Shown here: piece by piece, positions 37,301 through 46,088 of the stretch
Layout of the letters: every line of letters begins with the position of its first letter
Position numbering within the stretch: the first letter of the stretch is position 1
Assembly: GCA_032718475.1 (NCBI GenBank)
Contig: JAUCBJ010002693.1
Location: 1 to 64,000 of the forward strand
Source of the DNA: Nemertoderma westbladi
Lineage: Eukaryota; Animalia; Xenacoelomorpha
Direction of reading: 5' to 3'
DNA: 64,000 nucleotides
Made by a program: the position numbers and the translations under genes
The notes under the pieces: model-generated
Told to the model about the DNA's origin: nothing
The model's database searches: none
What the model saw: only the letters and a program-made list of their open reading frames with translations

Positions 37301-40300
37301 CTATTTTTGTGATTTTCACGATTGTTGAAATTTTTGACGACTTTTTTTGACTGTAATTTTACGTACTTTGTGTGTAAACCGTAAAGTATCACTTTTCAGT
37401 GTGTAAATCCGTGTGGTTTGTTACACGAACGGACGAATTGAGTGAATGCAAAAAATATGGGATGGTCCATATTTTATATTATTTGATTTGAACAATAAAT
37501 TTGATGTCATTTAATCCACAAAGTTATAATAAAGTAATTTCATATGACATTATTAAAATCATTTTTAGAACTGATTTAGTTACGTTTTAAAGTTATTCGT
37601 AAATTCATATTATTATTTTTTCACTGAAAATATTAAAATATTGATATTATTTGCAATCAATCAAAATTTCTAAATATTCATTCGATTCGATTTTTGGACT
37701 ACCCGACCTCCCAGAATTAATATTAATTACTGTATCCTCAATTATTTTAATGTATTCCTCGCTATTGAACTCGGTGTTATCTTTCAGTTCCTCTTATCAA
37801 CTTCGCCGTTTCAACCGTGGACTTCAATGAGTCGGATATCAACATCGGACTGCCGATATCTCGTAGCGGCGATCTCAGACTCGACTCCACGGTTCTCTGC
37901 ACAATCCAATACAGCCCGGTCCAACCCCCGCGACAATCCAACACCGGACCGGCTGACTTCAAGAGCCCACAGACACAGTCTATAACCTTCTTAGGGGGTT
38001 AGAACTTATTCTTACTATATTAATTATAATTCGCGGAGAAACAGGGGCGGGATACTCGCCGCCTCAATGTTAAATTCTACATTTAGGGAAATGGACTGGT
38101 TACAGGGACATGTTATTCTAACCAAAACAATAAACCAAAGTCGATAGAACAGGTTACAGTTATATTTTTGGCTATATTCGGATATATTTTTACAGCTCTA
38201 GTTATTCCCCTAGAGAAGGATGAATTTTTATTGTCCCTCCTTATCTGAATTCGCAAAGTACTTGATTTTGTGATAATTTACCACTATAAAAGATTAAGAT
38301 TCGGCCGCCTTAATCTTACCTAAATTGATTGTAAGTAAAAAAAATACTGGTTTGCACTAAAAATGAAATGTATAAAAAATATAACTGTAAATCGAAAGGA
38401 ATAGGATATTGCGCTGAATTACCAGTGTTATTGGAGGGAAATTCAAATAATATCTGCCAACTGTTACAGAAATCTAGGTATTGCTTACATAATTACATAT
38501 ATTGGCCCAATCGCCTGTGGTAGATCGATATCACGCGTACGTGATGTGTTCTACTATTGCAGTCTTAGGAAAGACTCATCCGTTGTACCTGTAGGGTGCT
38601 GCTTGGCTTTGATATTATGTTAGTATCGAGATTATACAACTCCTCATTTGTTAGTTGAGCGTTGCTTATGACATGAATATCTAGCGTAGCGTCCTTGTGT
38701 ACATGCCATCTATGGGTCTGGCAGTAATAGTCAATCAGGGGATAAACCTGCACAACTCTACTGCTGTCCGGAATAAACTTACCTCCAGAGGGCATTTGAT
38801 TTTATTTCTCAGCCATTATTATTATTATTAGGGTAAACTTTATATTTTACAGAATTGGAAGAAACCACGAAGAACTGCCAGATTGTTCTAATAGACGACG
38901 GAGAGTTTGAGGGAATGGAGCACTTTAAGGTTTCCCTAAAGGCCCCTAACAACCCCGTCACTCCGGTTAACTTTGGCGACAATCTTACAGTCAACGTTAA
39001 TGTTCTTGATGAAGACGATAGTTAGTTAATATATCCCTTGATCTAATTGTCATTGTGTTTAGATTGTGCCTAAATGTTTTTTTATTTTTTTTCAAATAAT
39101 TGTTATTTTGTGGGCGTCAATGAATATGACAGGCAATCTCAACAATATTATTGGACGTAACCTTCGTAATTTAGTTGCAACGAAATAGACCTGATCTAGG
39201 ATCGAACCCAGTACTCTCGCTTTACCGAATGAACCTGTTGGGATAAATCACTACCACAACAACAACAACAACAACAACTACCCACACCTCTAAAGAGGTA
39301 GTTTCGATATAATTGGGATCATATTATGATATTATATTAGTTTATACTTTGAGTATTAATTTAATTAATAACCGTAAAATAAAGTGTTACTTTTTCCTAT
39401 ATTCATTTTACCGATTTTTCATTATTAGGACCGCGAATAACTTTAGGCGAGAGTTCCTATGTGTGGCGGGAGTCCAAGGACCCGTCCAGACTGAGTCTAC
39501 TCCCTATCCGGGTGTTGGGTCTGGGGGACCTGGGCCTACCGGTACAGGCTAGGCTGTACACTGCCACTAATAGTTACCAGACCGCATTGGCTAACATTGA
39601 CTATCAACCAATTGTAAACAATAGTAAGTTTATCTTCAAACTGTATTATTATTATTTCAGTAATATTTTATTATTACTAAATTAAAAGAATTACGGTTAC
39701 CGAATAATTAGCGAACAATTTTACAAAGATTTGCTTTCATTATTGCGCTTTCCATAACTAATATTTTAACATCTTTTAATTTAGTTTTTATTTTGAATTC
39801 GACGACGAATGTTATGGAATTCAACATAAAGATTGAACCCGATGAAGTTCGCGAAGATATGGAGAACTTTACTGTCGTTCTGGAGTTATTATCAGGGCAC
39901 GGAATCACCGAGATTCTTATCAGTGCGGCCGACATATATATTATAGGTGAGTGAGGTATTGTCCGGTCGTTAAAGGCCAATATGCGGTTGTTAAGGGTTA
40001 ATGTTCGGTAGATAAGGACTGATGCCCGGTCGTTAAATAATGGTGGTCTGTTGTTAGGGGTTAATATCCGATCGTGAAAGGCTAATAATGTTCGCTATAA
40101 ATGTCCATTACTATTCATATTCTGTACGCAATGAGGACAGCCACAAAGGGTGAAGATCTGGGATTCACACTTCAAGAACGCAGAAGTAGTAGATATCCGG
40201 CAACTACAGTCACAGACACCGACTTTGCGGGTCGACATCGCCCTGCTCTCTAATACGCTAGCAGATGCACAGCTTCTACTAAATAAAGTGGAGAGGGCTG

Positions 40301-43300
40301 CTAAGGAGGTTGGATTGCATATAAATGCTACCAAGACCGAATTCATGACCTTTAATGTTGATGGAAACTTGACAACCATTGATAATAATCAACTAAGGAA
40401 GGTCGAGGACTTCCAGTACCTTGGATCGTGGATAGAGAGTAGCAAAAAGGACATAGAAGTTAGGAAAGCAAAGGCTTGGGTAGCTCTATCAAAAATGGAT
40501 ACCATCTGGAAATCAGATCTCTCCAGGCACCTGAAGACTAAGTTCTTTCTAGCCACAGTGGAAAGAGTATTTTTATACAGGGGTTGAGACCTGGACACTG
40601 ACTAAATCACTTGAACAACGAATTGATGGTTGCTACACAAGACTATTAAGGGCAGCCCTAAACATCAGCTGGAGACAACACATGACAAACGCCGAGCTTT
40701 ATGGTTCAATACCACCTGTATCAACCACCCTCCGTGAACGCAGATTAAGATTCAGTGGGCACTGCTGGCGAAGTAAAGACGATGTCATACCAGATCTACT
40801 TCTCTGGCAACCAACTCATGGAAAGCGTAGTCGTGGACGACCGGCCATAACATATATAGATCAACTTGAAAGGGATACTGAACTTGGGAGAAACGAAATT
40901 GCGACAACTATGGAGAATCGGGAAGCCTGGAAGGATCTCATTTCCACTGTCCGAGTTCGCTCGATCTAGTTAATACTTATTTCTATAAATAATTACATTT
41001 TGTTTTTTTAGACAGTGACGCCCATCTAGTTCCTAAATTCCCGGATGAGCCGCTAGTTGTCTCTCTGTTGGATTACGGCAGCGGTGCCCCCCCTAGCGGA
41101 ACGATACCGTCTGGATATCCGGTTGTCTGCGTTTCGGTAAGTTAATCTTAATGAATACTGGTTTTAAATTTAATATTCATGGCTCGTCCCACAATATATT
41201 TTGTGTCGCCACTATTTTTTATTGCATAAATATCACATTAATGATACTTAAAAATATATTTACATAACAGTGCCTGTTAGTTGCTAGGTTACCACACAAG
41301 TAGTTCCCCCATTTGGAAATATTCAAGAATTTGTAATTGTAATTATTTAATTTAAAATGACTTAACTATATCTAAATAAATGAGTGAGATATTTTATTGC
41401 AATATTAACAGCACATTTGACAAAACAACGAAACTGATGCATTTTTGAAACCTGATGTATTGTTTGAAATTGCGAAATCTTAAATATTGGGAGGCCATTT
41501 TGATAAAAAATCAGTATTTTCTTAAACCACATTTTGATATAAGGAAAATTAATCGTGTAATTAATACATAATATATTCGAGTGGAAATAATATTGCGTAA
41601 ATTTGAAACTGTATTCCTCCTTGCAGAGTGAGTCATAATCCACTCTCTGCTATAATACTCATTGAGTTATGGCTAATTATTTTACACAACTATTTTGAAT
41701 TTTGAAATTTGAAATTTGAGATTCTAATTTATTTTTAACTTAAAAAATAATTTTGTTTCATTGTGTGTTAATATTGTATTTAATTTAGTAGTAATATATT
41801 TAATTGCTCTTCCCATTGATAGGCTTGCGACCAGGGCCATCCAAGATATGGCGAGAATAAACGGAAATGTCGGACTCAATGGATAGACAACAGCAAAACT
41901 CGTTACAAGTGGGATGTTAAACCGAGTCACAGTCTGGAGTATCGGTAAGTCGTCTAATATGGTTGGTAAAGTAGTCTAATATGGTTGGTAAAGTCGTCTA
42001 ATATGGTTGGGAAAGTAGTCTAATAGGGTTGGTAAGTCGTCTAATATGGTTGGTAAAGTAGTCTAATATGGTTGGTAAAGTCGTCTAATATGGTTGGGAA
42101 AGTAGTCTAATAGGGTTGGTAAGTCGTCTAATAGGGTTGGTAAGTCGTCCAATATGGTTGGGAGAGTAGTCTAATAGGGTTGGTAAGTCGTCTAATATGG
42201 TTGGTAAAGTCGTCTAATAGGGTTGGTAAGTCGTCCAATATGGTTGGGAAAGTAGTCTAATAGGGTTGGTAAGTCGTCTAATATGGTTGGTAAAGTCGTC
42301 TAATAGGGTTGGTAAGTCGTCCAATATGGTTGGGAAAGTAGTCTAATAGGGTTGGTAAGTCGTCTAATATGGTTGGTAAAGTCGTCTAATAGGGTTGGTA
42401 AGTCGTCCAATATGGTTGGTAAAGTCGTCTAATAGGGTTGGTAAGTCGTCCAATAGGGTTGGGAAAGTTGTCTAATAGGGTTGGTAAGTCGTCCAATATG
42501 GTTGGTAAAGTCGTCTAATAGGGTTGGTAAGTCGTCCAATATGGTTGGTAAAGTTGTCTAATAGGGTTGGTAAGTCGTCTAATATGGTTGGTAAAGTCGT
42601 CTAATAGGGTTGGTAAGTCGTCCAATATGGTTGGGAAAGTAGTCTAATAGGGTTGGTAAGTCGTCTAATATGGTTGGTAAAGTCGTCTAATAGGGTTGGT
42701 AAGTCGTCCAATATGGTTGGGAAAGTAGTCTAATAGGGTTGGTAAGTCGTCTAATATGGTTGGTAAAGTCGTCTAATAGGGTTGGTAAGTCGTCCAATAT
42801 GGTTGGTAAAGTCGTCTAATAGGGTTGGTAAGTCGTCCAATATGGTTGGGAAAGTAGTCTAATGGGGTTGGTAAGTCGTCTAATATGGTTGGTAAAGTCG
42901 TCTAATAGGGTTGGTAAGTCGTCCAATATGGTTGGTAAAGTTGTCTAATAGGGTTGGTAAGTCGTCTAATATGGTTGGTAAAGTCGTCTAATAGGGTTGG
43001 TAAGTCGTCCAATATGGTTGGGAAAGTAGTCTAATAGGGTTGGTAAGTCGTCTAATATGGTTGGTAAAGTCGTCTAATAGGGTTGGTAAGTCGTCCAATA
43101 TGGTTGGTAAAGTCGTCTAATAGGGTTGGTAAGTCGTCCAATAGGGTTGGGAAAGTTGTCTAATAGGGTTGGTAAGTCGTCCAATATGGTTGGTAAAGTT
43201 GTCTAATAGGGTTGGTAAGTCGTCTAATATGGTTGGTAAAGTCGTCTAATAGGGTTGGTAAGTCGTCCAATATGGTTGGGAAAGTAGTCTAATAGGGTTG

Positions 43301-44945
43301 GTAAGTCGTCTAATATGGTTGGTAAAGTCGTCTAATAGGGTTGGTAAGTCGTCCAATATGGTTGATAAAGTCGTCTAATAGGGTTGGTAAGTCGTCCAAT
43401 ATGGTTGGGAAAGTCGTCTAATAGGGTTGGTAAGTCGTCTAATAGGGTTGGTAAGTCGTCCAATATGGTTGGGAAAGTAGTCTAATAGGGTTGGTAAGTC
43501 GTCTAATATGGTTGGTAAGTCGTCCAATATGGTTGGGAAAGTAGTCTAATAGGGTTGGTAAGTCGTCTAATATGGTTGGTAAGTCGTCTAATATGGTTGG
43601 TAAGTCGTCCAATATGGTTGGGAAAGTCATCTAATAGGGTTGGTAAGTCGTCAAATATGGTTGGGAAAGTAGTCTAATAGGGTTGGTAAGTCGTCTAATA
43701 TGGTTGGTAAGTCGTCTAATATGGTTGGTAAGTCGTCCAATATGGTTGGGAAAGTCATCTAATAGGGTTGGTAAGTCGTCAAATATGGTTGGGAAAGTCG
43801 TCTAATAGGGTTGGTAAGTCGTCCAATATGGTTGTGAAAGTAGTCTAATAGGGTTGGTAGGTCGTCTAATATGGTTGGTAAAGTCGTCTAATAGGGTTGG
43901 TAAGTCGTCCAATATGGTTGGTAAAGTCGTCTAATAGGGTTGTTAAGTCGTCCAATATGGTTGGGAAAGTCGTATAATAGGGTTGGCAAGTCGTCTAATA
44001 TGGTTGGTAAAGTCGTCTAATAGGGTTGGTAAGTCGTCCAATATGGTTGGTAAGTCGTCTAATAGGGTTGGTAAGTCGTCCAATCTGTTTGGTAAGTCGT
44101 CTAATAGGGTTGGTAAGTCGTCCAATATGGTTGGTAAAGTCGTATAATAGGGTTGGTAAGTCGTCCAATATGGTTGGTAAGTCGTCTAATAGGGTTGGTA
44201 AGTCGTCCAATAGGGTTGGGAAAGTCGTCTGATAGGGTTGGTAAGTCGTCCAATATGGTTTGTAAAGTCGTCTAATAGGGTTGGCAAGTCGTCTAATATG
44301 GTTCGTAAGTCGTCCAATATGGTTGGTAAGTCGTCCAATATGGTTGGTAAGTCGTCCAATATGGTTGGTAAGTCGTCCAATGGCGATGGTAAAATAGTCT
44401 AATATGGTTGAGAAAGTCGTCCAATAGAGTTGGTAAGTCGTCCAATATGGTTGGTAAGTCGTCTAATAGGGTTGGTAAGTCGTCCAATGTGTTTGGTAAG
44501 TCGTCTAATATGGTTGGTAAGTCGTCCAATATGGTTGGTAAGTCGTCCAATATGGTTGGTAAGTCGTCCAATATGGTTGGTAAGTCGTCCAATGGCGATG
44601 GTAAAATAGTCTAATATGGTGGAGAAAGTCGTCCAATAGAGTTGGTAAGTCGTCCAATATGGTTGGTAAGTCGTCCAATGGCGATGGTAAAATAGTCTAA
44701 TATGGTTGGGAAAATCGTCAAATAGAGTTGGTAAGTCGTCCAATATAGTTGGTTCTAAGTCTTACAATGGTATTGGTTAAATAGTCCAATATAGTTGGTA
44801 AAATCGTAATTATTTATTTCTAGGGAGGCGAAAGGTGTTTTTCTCTTTCTCACCCCTACGACGATGGTTCTAGACAGCGCTTATTTCAGCCCCTCGAGTC
44901 GTCTTCGTTGCTTGGCAACAGCAGTCAGCAGGGATGATGAAGTCG
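4276..44945 (+). CDS. FREM2: FREM2/ECM3-like extracellular matrix protein (Calx-beta repeats), partial multi-exon gene; exons 4276-4371, 19034-19180, 31401-31628, 32276-32401, 35776-36036, 36269-36421, 37018-37227, 37788-37997, 38853-39020, 39429-39623, 39785-39946, 41012-41136, 41823-41944, 44824-44945
   Basis: All exons have AG/GT boundaries and compatible phases. The joined translation (DVDKEIAVYLL...VIDDGGNALQSQKFTLEWSWI...NGYLGEQSV; Calx-beta DDSEYE, DDDKFED, DDGEFEGME; FPDEPLVVSLLDY...SGYPVVCVSAC...LDSAYFSPSSRLRC) is collinear with FREM2 as I remember it. The gene continues beyond the recognised exons on both sides. Confidence 0.88.
4702..4707 (+). promoter_or_regulatory. Candidate LTR TATA box
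   Basis: TATAAA ~115 bp into the LTR, upstream of the hairpin array; position only, no transcript evidence. Confidence 0.3.
4902..5799 (+). ncRNA. Array of nine structured RNA hairpin modules in the 5' LTR (6 K-turn/UUCG type A, 3 loop-E/GNRA type B)
   Basis: Conserved cores with different but still complementary closing stems (GACCCC/GGGGTC, GGACCC/GGGTCC, AGACTC/GAGTCT); cTTCGg loops; G-U pairs favour the + strand. Confidence 0.75.
6430..6621 (+). CDS. 63-aa upstream ORF whose stop overlaps the gag start (ATGA)
   Basis: ATG-initiated ORF with protein-like composition; TGA 6619-6621 overlaps ATG 6618-6620; no recognisable domain. Confidence 0.35.
   Translation: MEVSITPIDIIQVEPGIWHVEVEVQGTNVGRFRITVRVVQAEYNTYEELFYDIAYLAIDEALQ
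6618..9533 (+). CDS. gag: BEL/Pao Gag (coiled coil, DUF1759-like capsid region, 3 zinc knuckles) plus N-terminal part of aspartic protease
   Basis: FEGDPVDYLRFKKRF...AQKLVYLSQYL; CLFCGEKHKVEFC, CFRCLGTGHYVREC, CAVCNDQRHHTLLH; protease AFLDNGSDGT. Confidence 0.95.
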   Translation: MTTNNVSDTDEMDHHTDSEADEVPNVKNMTHRLGALKGGVTRAYQRMEKQLKGVKTPLNEVQTQLQSIRNILQRYERMIQAYQELVPPTDQENYPKLEEHVVHLDGFRKQHRRTLSLVRGYEEQYYKRAERTDAESVRSSSIRTAVHRKRTGSARNQHSSARSEISGSARSSQGAPPLRDQLRERKALALKARMEDEYIQLQAEQDVLAAETQKREAEQAAERQAEQREQEAEQHRREAERQAEQREQEAEQHRREAERHAEQRKQEAEQRGREAEREIEQRKWEAEMRKQHAEAQAILIHKKNADIAKLAEYEAALIERDIQLYEDWERDIDQEYEPIPVPELEKSFTPTAANFPKPEIPPTKQSMLSAQAPVFHPPPATLKNDEPYFPSNTTTASVPKYEPEKDSERDATPRSNNPFTSTPQTRSRVIIKTPPIIDPSSMGVSANNYNPPSHSSSDDVSIIRALENRLAMPKMEIRTFEGDPVDYLRFKKRFFAQIGSTDIADAQKLVYLSQYLGDKPRRIIACFEGGSHEAYYDAWKTLDKRYGNTGTIINKTLERLIQDAGSLGDPQNIQEFSDSMKDAYYTLKPLNKEDQVNNILNLRQIARKFPGWLQSKWAYKCVDLRRRHPDRDPSFLEMSAFLDDISESMNDSMFSKHSLAKLDGIESNSRSKITPPKPRFRPPPVSTMAITMAEDSDDEDYEEPTSAEEWACYLASWAPEREGITNSLLCLFCGEKHKVEFCRKFQFAELVPRFEAIMKHRGCFRCLGTGHYVRECDQRSCCAVCNDQRHHTLLHIPANFDFTTLPFRIEARRRGETNHVFKGTRTTQRRETNPFKISTDTPQVTNISATINLINRRYMVFAKVIPVRIQGVGKSLTTLAFLDNGSDGTIIDRDFLEQLGLEYEPCKRPIQTITDNREVESGEVQLQMEGVMKGYETAKLTIKNALVHTDLRVRFRQSAEYPPSYNWTETM
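7805..7854 (+). promoter_or_regulatory. Type-B RNA hairpin copy inside gag
   Basis: GAGTG..CCC-AAGTA-CGAG-CCT-GAAA-AGG-A-CTCG-GAAC-GGG..CACTC, same core as the LTR type-B module. Confidence 0.65.
9515..13306 (+). CDS. pol: BEL/Pao Pol: C-terminal protease, reverse transcriptase, RNase H, integrase (-1 frame relative to gag)
   Basis: RT YYLPTH, KIRVVNDA, DIKAMFHQV, FYVDDG; RNase H FSDAS, TIPRLEL, WVDS, NPADLSSRG; IN HHAG..CFTC, GVDCFGP, SDNGTNFVG, GVWEKLI, RPIQKLCLL. Confidence 0.96.
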   Translation: MDRDDVDLRCPQLDVNRITLLIRLDTPELHIPTGDIARSINQDDGFYAERTIMGWTLCGIKEETTDTYTYLPKCQIKENVTSVGYCSASDLDEDLFLETEKTQREMTKYFNLETQEFAEKDENPSEEDQYCMDVLDQATFKDGHWCSPMLWKDPNKPMANNASMALRRLKGILRRLNDQPEIKEKYNTVIQGYLDDGLAEMVPRNELQGGKRTYYLPTHYVVEARKGGKIRVVNDAAAMYQGESLNSQLYTGPNIYSTLIGVLIRFRENRVAFTCDIKAMFHQVRTLPRDSDCLRILWTDKTLTQQEISQLTIKDVDVMRMVVRIFGAKDSPVACSDMLKRTATMCENEFPPTVIETIQRCFYVDDGCDGADNVDEAYRLAMGMVECLKKGGFPLVKFRSHDKILMEKFPQDIRLENNKMYSEDVEHRVLGIEWDIESDEFIFKYKPLPKPMTKRGCLSIKSAIFDPLNFISPVTLAGMNLIKEMWIEGLGWDEELPPHLSVKWRKWTEQLEHLHLMRIPRPFFLDKLPTDIFQLHTFSDASNTGIGVVTFLRRLSNDGNGDTSFLFSKAKTVSGEFVATIPRLELQAAVWAVRQNRMVMRNLRIPIESQHFWVDSSIVLYYLHSPSRRHTTFVANRATEIKQCTGREQWHHVNRKENPADLSSRGATPKQLGKSKLWLTGPEFLRQPQLTWSTRFDPELDSGKYSEDDKEIRKIHRSNAVEIYSCLTEPAKDSGRHYNVATITQLAASLHRLIERTSSMRRLVHHVITLRNFLRWKNNKPIVQRNIQELIIAEKCIVRYVQKESFPDEWEQLSAGKTLKPDSPVYQLRPMMGEDGLIRLNTRMANAPVEYEVKYPALLPGTSTLAKLLILQCHEDNHHAGQNWIIANIRQRYWITHIQPLIRKVLKRCFTCRRYLAPPITQKMADLPATRLQADSPPFYVTGVDCFGPFTVIERRSNIKCWGAIFTCLRSRAIYLDIVVNLTQHAFINALRRFVANNGTCRHMYSDNGTNFVGGERELREAIEGWFTDNTASQVWKEHQIQWHFQTPLAPHTSGVWEKLIDLVKRSMRVALGDTRVTHDTLRTTFCEITATLNNRPIVPIRDDPTDLEPLTPNHLLGRPKTHVLPETMFPDPNEIAKHTNWKKAQALAAHWWRIWAQEYLITLRTRRKWNNTYRNVAVGDMVLVKEDLKDRVHWPVARVVTIHPSKDGLARTVTIRTSKGHYQRPIQKLCLLEGNDSGDSTRGDKIPTQDPAVDIGDNYKPV
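11683..11730 (+). promoter_or_regulatory. Type-B-related RNA hairpin inside pol (RNase H-integrase linker)
   Basis: TTATAG-T-TGTCTG-A-CTGAG-CCT-GCAA-AGG-A-CTCGG-G-CAGGCA-CTATAA; GNRA loop and bulged A retained. Confidence 0.55.
13582..14125 (+). ncRNA. Cluster of repeated structured RNA modules in the pol-ORF3 spacer
   Basis: 3x GTTATTCTGGTGGG...CCAC(A/G)TGACTTC and 3x GGGGCGTAGGCGGTGTAAC(A/G)AGTCCAGCTGTAG, enclosed by different complementary stems. Confidence 0.65.
14539..17139 (+). CDS. ORF3: DEDDy (WRN/EXD/MUT-7/RNase D-like) 3'-5' exonuclease domain, Pro-rich linker and C-terminal zinc knuckles; one in-frame TGA at 15334-15336
   Basis: The 265-aa and 596-aa ORFs are in the same frame. 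ExoI LIYDNEG, ExoII LPPEIQKILFDFDVIKIGSDIKAD, IDTQ, SGIGYL, ExoIII-like W...YVVME; CGDC, CPYCATSGHDVSVC, CTTCGFRGH..C. Confidence 0.8.
14711..14775 (+). promoter_or_regulatory. Type-B RNA hairpin copy inside ORF3
   Basis: CCCTCCGGTT-A-GCC..GC-TAGTA-CGAG-ACTGAAAAGAA-CTCG-GAAC-GC..GGC-AACCGGAGGG; perfect 10-bp basal stem. Confidence 0.7.
17296..17304 (+). other. Polypurine tract
   Basis: GGGGGGGA immediately before the 3' LTR TG. Confidence 0.75.
17305..18893 (+). repeat. 3' LTR (contains second copy of the hairpin array, ~17618-18515)
   Basis: Direct repeat of 4589-6179 followed by TSD CGATC. Confidence 0.97.
19034..19180 (+). CDS. FREM2: FREM2-like exon (start of Calx-beta 1)
   Basis: ctag|GT GGT AAC...GTT ATA G|gtgag; GNALQSQKFTLEWSWIYMDTKEVIVNESNAYIDVKLIRNGYLGEQSVI. 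Confidence 0.88.
19365..20472 (+). mobile_element. 5'-truncated CR1/L2-like LINE (ORF2 C-terminus 19388-19954, 3' UTR, (AAT)n tail)
   Basis: YKSMILPIITYASPCWSP...IESLQRRAT...YTDRLKSLNILPL is the CR1-group post-RT region; AAT repeats at ~20452-20470. Confidence 0.8.
22282..22860 (-). mobile_element. 5'-truncated RTE LINE, second copy
   Basis: Near-identical to 3461-3989; ORF 22315-22812. Confidence 0.88.
25542..25819. mobile_element. ~280-bp MITE, copy 1, 8-bp TSD AGTTATAA
   Basis: TIR GCCCATGTGAAGAATACCAG / CTGGTATTCTTCACATGGGC; three copies in the window. Confidence 0.85.
27173..27454. mobile_element. ~280-bp MITE, copy 2
   Basis: Same TIRs; flanks TGTAGTTG / CGTAGTTG. Confidence 0.85.
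28475..29298. mobile_element. ~820-bp non-autonomous TIR element
   Basis: GGGTCATTTTAGAAATTTTTT at the left end versus AAAAAATTTCTAATATGACCC at the right end; internal GCTGATCACGA/TCGTGATCAGC inverted motifs. Confidence 0.6.
31075..31150 (+). mobile_element. tRNA-derived SINE-like fragment
   Basis: GTTGAATTCA...GGGTTCGATACCCGCATG...CAGGGCAGTTTT, related to 812-905. Confidence 0.5.
31401..31628 (+). CDS. FREM2: FREM2-like exon (Calx-beta)
   Basis: ctag|AT ATC...GAG GAT G|gtgag; DYIQTGRSSVVF...LVDDSEYEVSQQVKVSL. Confidence 0.88.
31666..31755. repeat. Short tandem repeat (~21-bp CCCCAGTGACGCCACA units, ~4 copies)
   Basis: Directly visible. Confidence 0.8.
32276..32401 (+). CDS. FREM2: FREM2-like exon (Calx-beta)
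   Basis: tttcag|AA CCG...GTA G|gttag; PTLYFINSTYWFTEDVGVASMTVSRRGD. Confidence 0.85.
32512..32781. mobile_element. ~270-bp MITE, copy 3
   Basis: Same family; flanks TGACAGTC / TGACAGTG. Confidence 0.8.
35776..36036 (+). CDS. FREM2: FREM2-like exon (Calx-beta)
   Basis: tttag|GC GAA...GAC G|gtaag; ATIDKDY...CDIYVTDDDKFED. Confidence 0.85.
36269..36421 (+). CDS. FREM2: FREM2-like exon (Calx-beta)
   Basis: ctag|AA CCG...ACC T|gttag; PRFNFRQRVYEVSESSSSVTIEVARFGTDL. Confidence 0.85.
37018..37227 (+). CDS. FREM2: FREM2-like exon (Calx-beta)
   Basis: ctcag|CC AAT TCG GAT TAC...GAC G|gtggg; VTITIIDD...LEGRESVQLLL. Confidence 0.85.
37788..37997 (+). CDS. FREM2: FREM2-like exon (Calx-beta)
   Basis: tttcag|TT CCT...GGG G|gttag; PISRSGDLRLDSTVLC. 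Confidence 0.85.
38853..39020 (+). CDS. FREM2: FREM2-like exon (Calx-beta)
   Basis: tacag|AA TTG...GAT A|gttag; KNCQIVLIDDGEFEGMEHFKVSL. Confidence 0.85.
39429..39623 (+). CDS. FREM2: FREM2-like exon (Calx-beta)
   Basis: ttag|GA CCG...AAT A|gtaag; LPIRVLGLGDL...TALANIDYQP. Confidence 0.82.
39785..39946 (+). CDS. FREM2: FREM2-like exon (Calx-beta)
   Basis: ttag|TT TTT...ATA G|gtgag; IKIEPDEVREDMENFTVVL. Confidence 0.8.
40140..40972 (+). mobile_element. 5'-truncated RTE LINE (end of RT to C-terminus, in-frame stop at 40585-40587)
   Basis: DIALLS...GLHINATKT...FQYLGS...RRLRFSGHCWRS...RGRP. Confidence 0.88.
41012..41136 (+). CDS. FREM2: FREM2-like exon
   Basis: tttag|AC AGT...GTT TCG|gtaag; FPDEPLVVSLLDY...SGYPVVCVS. 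Confidence 0.87.
41823..41944 (+). CDS. FREM2: FREM2-like exon
   Basis: atag|GCT TGC GAC...TAT CG|gtaag; ACDQGHPRY...C...IDNSKTRYKW. Confidence 0.85.
41944..44805. repeat. 21/22-bp minisatellite (GGTAAGTCGTCYAATAKGGTT and variants) filling an intron
   Basis: Directly visible ~2.85-kb array beginning exactly at the exon's splice donor. Confidence 0.97.
44824..44945 (+). CDS. FREM2: FREM2-like exon
   Basis: ctag|G GAG...GTC G|gtatg; MVLDSAYFSPSSRLRCLATAV. Confidence 0.85.
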
Positions 44946-46088
44946 GTATGTAAGCCCTCTCTCTCTGTCTCGTATAATATATAAAACAGTTTAGTTTGAG
45001 AGAAATTTAATTTTAATTAATTATGTGGACTTCATTTCCTCTATTTCTCTGCAAATAAATGGGCGGATTTTACAAACATGTCAAAATTTTAATTCAATTG
45101 TCAAAAATTAGAAAGTGCACCACATCGCTAAAAATTTCAAGCACTGACTATACACATACCGGCAACTATAATGTTTTTCAAACAGATTATCCGCGGCTTT
45201 TTCTAAGTCTTTCCAGAAATTGTTATTGAGTAAAGCTTAGTATGCTTGCTTCGTCGGCTGTCTGTGTTCTTCTCAGCTCTGGGTTTTGATAGTCAGACTG
45301 ACTGACGTTTGGACAGACCGAAAGTTACACGGTCATAGTAACAGTATAAAAAATGAGAAACTGACATTGGTAATTAAATTCGTCGCCCAATAAATAATTA
45401 GTGGAACTGGAAAGGTAGCGAAAAATTTAGCTTTAGGTTTTATGTTGCCCTTACTGATCTTTTAACTTAAAGGTAAACACAAGAGTCTCACACCCTTAAA
45501 CTACAAAGAAATACAGAATCAGGGCATTAAGCCCAAATTAGTAACTCATAACTCAGACGATAGGGCCATCAAAGGACACAAACAAAACAAACAAAAAACA
45601 CAAAAACGTCAAACAAAAATAACTTAATAACACGCTCCACATACAGCTGTATGTATATCGCAACCCTAACCCCTAACCTAACCGCCATACACTAAATGAT
45701 ACCGGTAATAAACTGCACGATAGCTAAGCCTATATTCTATAAGAAAATATATGACAATTTTGTCGCCGTGAAAGGGGTAGGACTAGGGAAAAAATAATTA
45801 ATTTGTGAAAAATATGGTTGCGTTTCGGCGTCTGAGACCCAGTACGCGCTAATCCTCGACACCTCGTCAGCTGGACAGGGAATTAGCCAAGCCTATCTAT
45901 ATTGCAGGTCTCGGCCACAGAAAGTGAAAAAAAAAACGAAACGTAGCTGTCAAAATATATATTTTTTTTAAATTAGTAAAAGTATATATCATTCGATTGC
46001 ATTTCTTCCACTGATTGCGAATCTGACAATAAAACAAAGATATTCAAAAGCTAAGAAAATATGGGCAAAAAACGTAAACTTGCAGTCG

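Noticed and set aside
45660-45685. Telomere-like AACCCT repeats
   Set aside because: Only about three degenerate units; not meaningful.
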